Assembly: GCA_963787125.1 (NCBI GenBank)
Contig: CAWBBV010000001.1
Span: 1-64,000, forward strand
Direction: 5' to 3'
Length of the DNA stretch: 64,000 nucleotides
Source of the DNA: an uncultured delta proteobacterium
GTDB taxonomy: Bacteria; Desulfobacterota; Desulfuromonadia; Geobacterales; DSM-12255
The first letter of the stretch is position 1, and every line of letters begins with the position of its first letter. Shown here piece after piece: positions 8,668-16,592 of the stretch. The notes below the pieces were generated by a model. The model saw only the letters and a program-made list of their open reading frames with translations. It was not told where the DNA came from and searched no databases. Made by a program: the position numbers and the translations under genes.

Positions 8668-8877
8668 ATGATGAGAGCGACTATTGCGATAGATGACGCG
8701 CTGTTTGCGGAAGCCTTTTCACTGGCCAAGGTGAAAACAAAGAAAGAACTGATTACTCTCTCCCTGCAGGAACTTATCAGAAAAAAGCGGTTGGAGCACC
8801 TTGCCGGGATGTACTCCTCTGGCGCAGTTACCCTGACCTGTGAAGAGCTGGAGGAGTACCGCGCCGATGACAAATGA
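8668..8877 (+). CDS. vapB: VapB-family antitoxin
   Basis: MRATIAIDDALFAEA...TKKELI RHH-type N-terminus; overlaps a PIN toxin. Confidence 0.88.
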   Translation: MMRATIAIDDALFAEAFSLAKVKTKKELITLSLQELIRKKRLEHLAGMYSSGAVTLTCEELEEYRADDK

Positions 8878-9277
8878 AATAATTCTGGTCGACACATCGG
8901 TCTGGATACACTTTCTGCGCGGCTCCGGCACCCAGTTTCAGGAGCGACTGGTGCCACTCATCATGGCTGACAGGATCGCGACGACACCGGTTATCGTCAT
9001 GGAGATACTGCGCGGCGCCAAAACAACGAGAGAGTATGATAAGTTAAGCAAGGATCTGGCGGCACTCCGCTCTTTTGATCTTTCGGCCAGGGTGTGGGAG
9101 CGGGCCTGCAAGCTCGCACATATACTCAGGCAGAAAGGGGTCAATACTCCGTTGACAGATACCCTGATTGCAGCCGTTGCGCTGGAATACAATGCTCTTC
9201 TTTTGCACGACGACCGGCATTACGAAATGATAGCCGCGGCAACTCATCTCAAGCACGAAGCGATTAAAGCCTACTAA
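8867..9277 (+). CDS. vapC: VapC PIN-domain toxin
   Basis: ILVDTSVWI, EILRG, DTLIAA, LLHDDRHY PIN acidic motifs. Confidence 0.92.
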   Translation: MTNEIILVDTSVWIHFLRGSGTQFQERLVPLIMADRIATTPVIVMEILRGAKTTREYDKLSKDLAALRSFDLSARVWERACKLAHILRQKGVNTPLTDTLIAAVALEYNALLLHDDRHYEMIAAATHLKHEAIKAY

Positions 9278-9284
9278 ACCAACC

Positions 9285-10313
9285 ATGAAGATTCTCCCCA
9301 CCGACACTTCGTACCGCACCTTCTGCCAGCTGACCAGCGGCTACCGCATGTTCAGTGTCATGACTGAGGCGATCCGCTGTGGGATCGTCGACAAGTTGGA
9401 AGACGACGCAATCACGACCCTTGAGCTGCTGGCCGCGACCTCTCTGCAGCCTGAAGAAGGCAGCCGCTTCATCGCCCTTTTGGTGAATGTCGGCCTACTG
9501 GAACAGGCAGCCGGGCAGCTCAGGCTCTCTGCTTTTGCCAGGGCGTACCTCAGCTCGTCGAGCGCCACCTGTCAGCGCCATGTACTGGAATTCGAACCGC
9601 TCTTGATGGACAACTGGCGCAATCTGGGGACTGTTCTTCAGGAGGGTCAGGGGGTTTTAATCCGTGAGCAGGCGCCGGATGAATACCAGGAGCGGCTGCA
9701 ACTTTTCCAAAAGGCTATGACCGAGACGGCGCAGGTTCGCTCCGGTGAATTGTGGGCTGCACTCGGCCCGTTGCCGGAACGTGGCATCATCATCGACATC
9801 GGCGCCGGTGATGGCACGTATCTGCGCCGGTTTCTGGCGCGGCACCCGGAGTGGCAAGGGATTGCCTGTGATCTGGCGGATGTCTGTGCTCAGATCGCAC
9901 CCGGTTCTACCCCGCTTAACCTGAGCTTTCATCCCTGTAATATCCTCGATAAGGAGGAGCTGTCGGGGCTTATTGCAAGTTATGAAGGCGCTGCTGATCT
10001 GCTGCTCTTCTCCAATATCTGTCACTGTTACAGCCCGGCTGAAAATGAGGCGCTGCTGGAGCAGGCTGGTAAGCTCCTCAATGAGGAAGGTCAGCTGATT
10101 GTTCACGATTTTTACCGGGACGCCAACAGCTTCGGCGCCCTTTATGATCTGCACATGCTGGTCAACACCTATAACGGCCGCAGCTACACGCTCGCCGAAA
10201 CCGCGACCATGCTGAAGACTGCCGGTTTCAGCCAGAAGAGAGTCCTCGAACTCCCCTCTTGTTCACTGGCTCTGGTTGCCACACGCGCCTTTAAATCCGG
10301 TTTGCACGGGTGA
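9285..10313 (+). CDS. SAM-dependent O-methyltransferase (dimerisation domain + methyltransf_2)
   Basis: IIDIGAGDG SAM motif; SNICH; LYDLHML..TYNGRSY. Confidence 0.85.
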   Translation: MKILPTDTSYRTFCQLTSGYRMFSVMTEAIRCGIVDKLEDDAITTLELLAATSLQPEEGSRFIALLVNVGLLEQAAGQLRLSAFARAYLSSSSATCQRHVLEFEPLLMDNWRNLGTVLQEGQGVLIREQAPDEYQERLQLFQKAMTETAQVRSGELWAALGPLPERGIIIDIGAGDGTYLRRFLARHPEWQGIACDLADVCAQIAPGSTPLNLSFHPCNILDKEELSGLIASYEGAADLLLFSNICHCYSPAENEALLEQAGKLLNEEGQLIVHDFYRDANSFGALYDLHMLVNTYNGRSYTLAETATMLKTAGFSQKRVLELPSCSLALVATRAFKSGLHG

Positions 10314-10320
10314 ATCCTTT

Positions 10321-11106
10321 ATGACCATTCCTTCCAATACCGTCTGGCGCTTTATCGATACCGGCCTGCTGTCCGGAGTTGAAAATATGGCTATAGATGA
10401 GGCACTGCTTGCCTGCTTCGAACCGGGCAAATCCTTGCCGATTCTGCGCACCTACGGCTGGAACCCGCCGGCATTCTCCTGCGGACGTTTCCAGAAACCG
10501 GCAGAGATCATCGCTCTTGATCGCTGTCGTGCCGACGGGACGCAGGTAGTGAAGCGGATCACCGGCGGTGGTGTTATTTATCATGGCAGTGAGCTTACCT
10601 ACTCACTGGTCTGCCCGACTGATTTCATCCCCGATGCCCGCAGCGTTAAAGATGCGTTCTTCCGGCTCACAGAATTCCTGATAACATTCTATCGCAAACT
10701 GGGGTTGCCGGCCTGTTACGCAGTTGAACACTATCCGCTGACAAAAAAATTAGGCGAGCGGACGCCGCTCTGCTTCGCCGGCATCGAGAGTTGTGACATC
10801 TTGATAAATGGCCTTAAAATCGGCGGCAATGCCCAGAAAAGGCTCAAAAATGTGATTTTCCAGCACGGCTCGATTCCGCTACAGCCGATAACCGCCAGAG
10901 GGAATACTTATCTGCTGGAACCGGACACTGACATTGCCGCAACGACAACATCCCTTGAGGAACAAGGGGTGGAACATGAGCGCGGTTTTCTGACAAATCT
11001 CCTGAAAGACTCATTTGCGGAGAGTTTCGGGGTAGTTCTCAGTCCGGCCGGTGTGACGCCGGTTGAAGCAGCAGCTGTGGCCGGATATATGCAAAAATTT
11101 GAATGA
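10321..11106 (+). CDS. Lipoate-protein ligase / octanoyltransferase family (LplA/LipM-like)
   Basis: NMAIDEAL, LRTYGW, KRITGGGVIYH, KIGGNAQ, QHGSI. Confidence 0.88.
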   Translation: MTIPSNTVWRFIDTGLLSGVENMAIDEALLACFEPGKSLPILRTYGWNPPAFSCGRFQKPAEIIALDRCRADGTQVVKRITGGGVIYHGSELTYSLVCPTDFIPDARSVKDAFFRLTEFLITFYRKLGLPACYAVEHYPLTKKLGERTPLCFAGIESCDILINGLKIGGNAQKRLKNVIFQHGSIPLQPITARGNTYLLEPDTDIAATTTSLEEQGVEHERGFLTNLLKDSFAESFGVVLSPAGVTPVEAAAVAGYMQKFE

Positions 11107-11161
11107 CATTTATTTTGGCATAATGTAGTATCCCGGGATCAGCAGATAAGGAGATTATGTA

Positions 11162-11719
11162 ATGAAAAAACTTTATGCGGCAATAACAGTTCTGGTTCTC
11201 AGCCTTGCGGTAGGTGTAACCGCCATGGCTCAAGGGAAGGCGGCAGGTAAAGAGTCGAAGAAGGCCGGTTGTTCGTCCTGCCAGAAGGCTGGCGCAACTC
11301 CGGAGCAGATAAAAAAGTTCAAGATTGACTCCATCGATCTCCGTCAGGAGATGATGACCAAGCGGTTCGATCTCCAGCGGGAAAACCTGAAAGAAAATCC
11401 GGACAGCGCCAGGGTTGCAGCGATAAAAGCTGAAATGGATGCAATCAAGGTGAAGATCGATGCGCTCAAGACCGCAGCCAAAATGCCTGCATCAGCTTCC
11501 TGCTGCATGGATGATTGTCCGCTCATGGATGGCGGTTGTGACAAATGCAGCAGCAAGCACAGCTGTAACAAGCCAGCCAAGGGAGCCAAGAGCTGCGACA
11601 AGTGCGGCAAAACTGCGGATTGTGGCAGCATGAACTGCAATAAAAAGGGTGGCTGCGACAAAACAGGAAAAGCTGCCGACTGTGGCTGTAATAAAAAAGG
11701 TAAGGGCGCAGGGAAGTAA
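11162..11719 (+). CDS. Periplasmic ZraP/Spy-like metal-resistance protein with Cys/Lys-rich tail
   Basis: Signal peptide (AMA); TPEQ...LRQEMMTKRFDL...NPD..RVAAIKAE helical hairpin; 15 Cys, 13 in the C-terminal tail. Confidence 0.7.
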   Translation: MKKLYAAITVLVLSLAVGVTAMAQGKAAGKESKKAGCSSCQKAGATPEQIKKFKIDSIDLRQEMMTKRFDLQRENLKENPDSARVAAIKAEMDAIKVKIDALKTAAKMPASASCCMDDCPLMDGGCDKCSSKHSCNKPAKGAKSCDKCGKTADCGSMNCNKKGGCDKTGKAADCGCNKKGKGAGK

Positions 11720-11742
11720 ATCGCGTTTGTATTGCCGGCTAC

Positions 11743-11776
11743 AAAGCCTCTGACTTGCTTAGTCAGAGGCTTTTTT
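11743..11776 (+). terminator. Rho-independent terminator
   Basis: aaagcctctgact/agtcagaggcttt stem plus T-run. Confidence 0.85.
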
Positions 11777-11791
11777 ACTATCTCTTGCTAT

Positions 11792-11953
11792 GGAGCCTGT
11801 CGGACTTAGGAAATCGAAGCGAAAATTCGACTGGACGAGGACAGATTTAGTCGATTTTGAAGGGCAATAGTCGTTCTATTGACCAAGAAAGCGTATAAAT
11901 ATGGACCGTTCAGACGAATTTGCAGCAGATTTATTCTAAGTCCGACAGACTCC
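11792..11953. mobile_element. MITE (162 bp, non-autonomous)
   Basis: 18-bp TIRs ggagcctgtcggacttag / ctaagtccgacagactcc (1 mismatch); TAT on both sides (11789-11791, 11954-11956). Confidence 0.8.
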
Positions 11954-11966
11954 TATGAGGCATCCC

Positions 11967-12863
11967 ATGAAAGATCACTATATACGCGCTATTTCCACTT
12001 CCGGAGGAGTTCGGGTGCTAATCTGCTCTACTACCGAACTTGCCGGCCAGATCTGTGCAATGTTACAGACATCGGCAACCGTCAGCATTGCCCTTGGGCG
12101 GGGGCTCGCAGCAGGAGCTCTCATGGGGGGGCTGTTGAAGGGTAATCAGCGGGTCGCCCTCAAGTTTGAAGGTAACGGCCCGATGCAGAAGATGATCATC
12201 GAAGCCGAAGGTGACGGGTCTGTGCGTGGCACAGTCGGGGATCCTTCGGCCGAAGCCGAACCGCTGGAGGGGCGCTGGAATGTTCCCGGAATTCTTGGCA
12301 AGGCCGGCTTTCTGACGGTCACAAAAGATCTCGGTTCAGGTGGAGAGCCGTATCGCAGCATGGTGCAGCTTTACAGCAGCGAGATCGGTGATGATCTTGC
12401 CGCTTATCTTACCGAGTCCGAGCAGACCCCTTCTGCTGTCGGCGTCGGGGTTTCGCTTGATTCTGCCGGGCAGATCGCCCTCTGTGGCGGGTTTCTGGTT
12501 CAGGTCCTGCCACGGGCTGATGATGCTGAGATAAATGCGATTATGGAGCGGATCGAAAAGCTGGAACCGATCTCGGAACTTCTTGCCGAAGGCGGCACTG
12601 AGGGGCTTCTCACCATACTGATGGGAGATATCCCTTATCACCGGCTGGAGACGCGGGAGCTTTTTTTCCGGTGCGGCTGCAGCAGAAGCAAAGTTGAGCA
12701 GGCGCTCTGTTCACTGGGGGTCAAAGGGCTGCAGGAGTTGCTCGCAAGTGAAGGTTTTGCGGCGGTGACGTGCGAATTCTGTCGCCAGAGTTACCGCTTT
12801 GAGGCAGATGAATTGCAGCGACTGGCAACGCTCTCGACTCTGCCGCTTGAGCCAGGGCATTAA
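11967..12863 (+). CDS. hslO: Hsp33 redox-regulated chaperone
   Basis: YLTESEQTPS, GGFLVQ, CGCS and CEFC zinc motif; GAGG RBS before ATG 11967. Confidence 0.95.
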   Translation: MKDHYIRAISTSGGVRVLICSTTELAGQICAMLQTSATVSIALGRGLAAGALMGGLLKGNQRVALKFEGNGPMQKMIIEAEGDGSVRGTVGDPSAEAEPLEGRWNVPGILGKAGFLTVTKDLGSGGEPYRSMVQLYSSEIGDDLAAYLTESEQTPSAVGVGVSLDSAGQIALCGGFLVQVLPRADDAEINAIMERIEKLEPISELLAEGGTEGLLTILMGDIPYHRLETRELFFRCGCSRSKVEQALCSLGVKGLQELLASEGFAAVTCEFCRQSYRFEADELQRLATLSTLPLEPGH

Positions 12864-12882
12864 AAATGACTTGGAGATTAAG

Positions 12883-13869
12883 ATGAATGCTCTGGTAACC
12901 GGTGGTGGCGGATTCCTTGGTGGAGCGATTGTCCGAATGCTGTGCGAGAGGGGCGATGAAGTTGTCAGCTTTTCCCGTAGCAAGTACCAGGCGCTTGACA
13001 CTCTCGGTGTCCGGCAGATCAGCGGTGATGTTGCCGATTCGGAGGCACTGTGCACAGCGGCCAAAGGGTGCGACATAATCTTCCATGTGGCTGCCAAGGC
13101 AGGTATCTGGGGAGCTTATCAGGAGTATCATCGTGCCAATGTCACCGGAACAGAAGCGGTGATTGCCGCCTGCCGGGCTAATGGCATCAAACGCCTGGTG
13201 GCAACCGGTTCACCCAGTGTGGTCTTTGCCGGCCAGGATATCGAAGGGGGCGATGAAACCCTCCCCTATCCGGACCATTATGAAGCCCACTACCCCCGGA
13301 CCAAGATGCTGGCCGAACGCGCCGTATTGCAGGCAAATTCAGCCGCGCTGGCAACAGTCTCACTGAGGCCGCATCTCATCTGGGGGCCGGGCGACAACCA
13401 TCTTGTCCCGCGGATCATTCAGAAGGCAAAGGCCGGCAGACTGAAACGGATCGGCGACCGTCCCTGCCTGGCAGACACGGTTTACATCGATAATGCGGCT
13501 GCCGCCCATCTGCTGGCGGCAGACAGGCTGCAACCGGGCGCGCCAATTGCGGGCAAGGCCTATTTCATAACCAATGACCAGCCGGTACCGCTCTGGGAGA
13601 TGGTGGACAGGATTCTTGCCGCCGCTGACCTCCCCCCGGTGAAAGGCCAGATTTCTCCCGGACTGGCACGTTTTATCGGCATAAGCTGCGAGAAGGTCTG
13701 GGGCCTGCTTGGTTTGTCAGGCGAACCGCCCATGACCCGCTTTGTCGCCAATGAACTCTCCACTGCCCACTGGTTTGACATCTCCGCGGCCAAGCGCGAC
13801 CTGGAGTACCTTCCCGCAGTATCTATCGAAGAAGGGTTGCTAAGACTGCGCAACTGGCTTGTGAACTGA
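12883..13869 (+). CDS. NAD-dependent 3-beta-HSD/epimerase family (OleD-like)
   Basis: TGGGGFLG, FHVAAKAGIWG, YPRTK, LRPHLIWGPGDNHL. Confidence 0.8.
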   Translation: MNALVTGGGGFLGGAIVRMLCERGDEVVSFSRSKYQALDTLGVRQISGDVADSEALCTAAKGCDIIFHVAAKAGIWGAYQEYHRANVTGTEAVIAACRANGIKRLVATGSPSVVFAGQDIEGGDETLPYPDHYEAHYPRTKMLAERAVLQANSAALATVSLRPHLIWGPGDNHLVPRIIQKAKAGRLKRIGDRPCLADTVYIDNAAAAHLLAADRLQPGAPIAGKAYFITNDQPVPLWEMVDRILAAADLPPVKGQISPGLARFIGISCEKVWGLLGLSGEPPMTRFVANELSTAHWFDISAAKRDLEYLPAVSIEEGLLRLRNWLVN

Positions 13870-14054
13870 TCGCCCGTAACATCATGTCTTTGCAGCTCAT
13901 TTAGCCACTTTTCAGCCTGCGTCACAACTCTTCCCCCATACTTGACAAACACAAGCCCGGACAATACTGATTAAATCCGGCAAATGGACATTCCGGACAT
14001 CTCTGATAATCTTGTTTCAGTAGCAATGATTTGCCGTCACTGGAGGGATCACAG

Positions 14055-16562
14055 ATGAAAGCCGTGATAATGGCAGGTGGGTTCGGAACCCGGATACAAC
14101 CGCTTACCAGTAGTCTCCCGAAGCCGATGATACCGCTCATGAACCGCCCCATCATGCTGCATATAGTTGAGCTTTTGAAGAGTTACGGGATAACCGATCT
14201 GGTGATGCTCCTGTATCATCAGCCTCTGGTGGTCAAGAACTTTTTCCGGGACGGTTCTGAGTTCGGCGTCAAGATCACCTATGTTACCCCCCTCGAAGAT
14301 CTGGGTACTGCCGGCGCCGTCAAAGCTGCCGAAAAGTTCCTGAATGAGCGATTTATTGTTATCAGCGGTGATCTGTTGACCGACTTCAATCTGGAAAAGG
14401 TGCTCAAATTCCATGAAGAGCGGGGCGCCAAGGCCACCATCACCCTTACGCCGGTAAAAGACCCGCTCCAGTTCGGCGTAGTCATAACAGACAAGGAGAA
14501 AAGGATCATTCAGTTTCTGGAAAAGCCGGGCTGGGGCGAAGTCATCTCCGATACTATCAATACCGGCATCTACGTTTTTGAACCGGAAATACTGCAGTAC
14601 ATTCCTCCCGGCGAAAATTTCGACTTCTCCCAGAATCTCTTTCCGCTGCTGCTTGAAAAAAAGGAGCCGCTCTTCGGAGTTGCGGTAAAGGGCTACTGGC
14701 GCGACATCGGCAATACCGATTCTTACCGGGAGGCTCATCACGACATTTTCAAAGGGCGCGTCAGCATCAGGATTGACGGCGTCAGACAGGATTTAGCCGA
14801 CAAGGATATCAGGCTTGGCGCAGATGTCAGGCTGGATGACCCGGTTAATCTGTCCGGGATGGTTGTTGTCGGTGACAACTCGCAGATAATCGGCACCCCC
14901 CATATAAAAGACTGTGTGATCGGCCGCAACTGTACGATTGAAGAGGGGGTGAGGCTGTCACGTTGTGTTATCTGGGACAATGTCTACCTCAAGAAAGGGA
15001 CTAAAATCACAGAGAGCGTCATCTGCAACAATGTGCGGGCGGCCCAGGGGGTCATAATTGAAGAGGGGGTGATTGTTGCCGAAAACACCTCTATCGGTGA
15101 AGATGCCTTTATCAAGCATGATGTCAAAATCTGGCCGCGAAAAGTTATCGAGGCTGGAGCGACCGTAACTGCTAACCTTATCTGGGGGGAAAAATGGAAG
15201 AAACTGCTCTTTGAAGGGGCTATAGTAAAGGGGCTTACCAATGTTGAACTTACCCCGGAGTTTGTTGCCAAACTTGGCTGCGCCTACGGTACGTCTCTGG
15301 GCAAAGGGAGTTTTGTCCTCGCCGGTCGTGATGCGGCGCTCTCTTCCCGCATGCTTAAAAGAAGCTTTCTTGGCGGGATTCTCTCTGCCGGCGTGAATGT
15401 CCGTGACCTCAAGATGATTCCCATCCCGGTAATGCGTTACAAGCTGAATACCTACGGCGAGGTCGGCGGCATTTACTTCCGCCAGTCGACCGATGATCCG
15501 GCGGTTACGGAAATTGTTTTTCTCGATGGCGACGGCCTAAATTTCTCCGGTTCAATGGGGAAAAATGTCGAGCGGATATTTTTCAAGGAAAACTTCCGCC
15601 GCGCCCATCACCGTGAACCTGGCGGCATAACTGAACTGCCGCAAGTGATGGATTTTTATCGGGAAGGGTTTTTAAGATCCATCGACAGAAATCTGCTCCG
15701 CAAGCGGGATCTTAAGATTGTTATCGACTTTAACTACTCTCCGGCCGGCCAGGTGCTGCCGATGTTCATGAATGAGCTGGGGTGCGAAGTAATCAGTCTC
15801 AATGCCTATGTTGATGAAGAGCGTGGCGCCAGAATCACTGAAGAGAAACCGGCCGGTCTGCAGCAACTCGCCAAGATTGTAACGACTCTCGAAGCTGCTG
15901 CCGGTTTCTGGCTTGATCCTGATGCAGAGCAGCTCACCCTTGTGGACGATGCCGGCAAAATATACGAACCCGCCGAACTGCTGCCGCTCGTCGTTTCACT
16001 GCTGTTGAAATCAGCGGATCGCGGCACCATTGTAGTACCGGTATCCGCCCCCTCTGTTGTCGAACAGATGGCCCAGGAGAAGCGCTGTCAGGTTTTAAGG
16101 ACCAAGAGCAGCGAACGGGCAATGATAGAGGCGTTACTTTCTCCTGAGGCGATTATCGCCTGTTCCATGGACGGGCAGATCTCCTTTCCGGGTTTCCAGC
16201 CTGCATTTGACGGCATGTTTGCCGTAGCCCGGATTATGGAGCTTGTTGCCGTCGTCGAGGTTCCTCTCTCTAAAATAGCTGCAGGATTGCCGCGGCGCGC
16301 CTTTCTCCAGGTTAAAATTCCCTGTGCCTGGGAGATGAAAGGCGGGATAATGCGAAAGATGAGTGAAGACAGCCTTGACAAGGAGGCGACATTCATTGAT
16401 GGTATCAAGGTTTCTTTCGGCGACGACTGGCTGCTGCTGCTGCCTGATCAGTATCGCTCGTTCATCCATCTCGTTGCTGAGGCAAGAGAACCGAAAACTG
16501 CCCAGAAACTGATCGACGAATACCGTGGCAAAGTTGAAAGCTGGAAAAAGGAACTGCAGTAA
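14055..16562 (+). CDS. Mannose-1-phosphate guanylyltransferase / phosphomannomutase-like fusion
   Basis: MAGGFGTR..PL...PKP NTP-transferase, hexapeptide repeats, C-terminal PGM/PMM-like domains. Confidence 0.9.
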   Translation: MKAVIMAGGFGTRIQPLTSSLPKPMIPLMNRPIMLHIVELLKSYGITDLVMLLYHQPLVVKNFFRDGSEFGVKITYVTPLEDLGTAGAVKAAEKFLNERFIVISGDLLTDFNLEKVLKFHEERGAKATITLTPVKDPLQFGVVITDKEKRIIQFLEKPGWGEVISDTINTGIYVFEPEILQYIPPGENFDFSQNLFPLLLEKKEPLFGVAVKGYWRDIGNTDSYREAHHDIFKGRVSIRIDGVRQDLADKDIRLGADVRLDDPVNLSGMVVVGDNSQIIGTPHIKDCVIGRNCTIEEGVRLSRCVIWDNVYLKKGTKITESVICNNVRAAQGVIIEEGVIVAENTSIGEDAFIKHDVKIWPRKVIEAGATVTANLIWGEKWKKLLFEGAIVKGLTNVELTPEFVAKLGCAYGTSLGKGSFVLAGRDAALSSRMLKRSFLGGILSAGVNVRDLKMIPIPVMRYKLNTYGEVGGIYFRQSTDDPAVTEIVFLDGDGLNFSGSMGKNVERIFFKENFRRAHHREPGGITELPQVMDFYREGFLRSIDRNLLRKRDLKIVIDFNYSPAGQVLPMFMNELGCEVISLNAYVDEERGARITEEKPAGLQQLAKIVTTLEAAAGFWLDPDAEQLTLVDDAGKIYEPAELLPLVVSLLLKSADRGTIVVPVSAPSVVEQMAQEKRCQVLRTKSSERAMIEALLSPEAIIACSMDGQISFPGFQPAFDGMFAVARIMELVAVVEVPLSKIAAGLPRRAFLQVKIPCAWEMKGGIMRKMSEDSLDKEATFIDGIKVSFGDDWLLLLPDQYRSFIHLVAEAREPKTAQKLIDEYRGKVESWKKELQ

Positions 16563-16592
16563 GAATAAATCAGGAGTCTGAACCCGGATAAA

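Noticed and set aside
11162..11719. Possible multiheme cytochrome because of many CxxC motifs
   Set aside because: No CxxCH motif is present.
11879..12145. 88-aa ORF starting inside the MITE
   Set aside because: It overlaps hslO out of frame and has no recognisable features.
12883..13869. Olefin biosynthesis (oleABCD) cluster
   Set aside because: Only an OleD-like reductase is present; the FabH at 24.2 kb has ordinary FabH motifs and no oleB/oleC is nearby.
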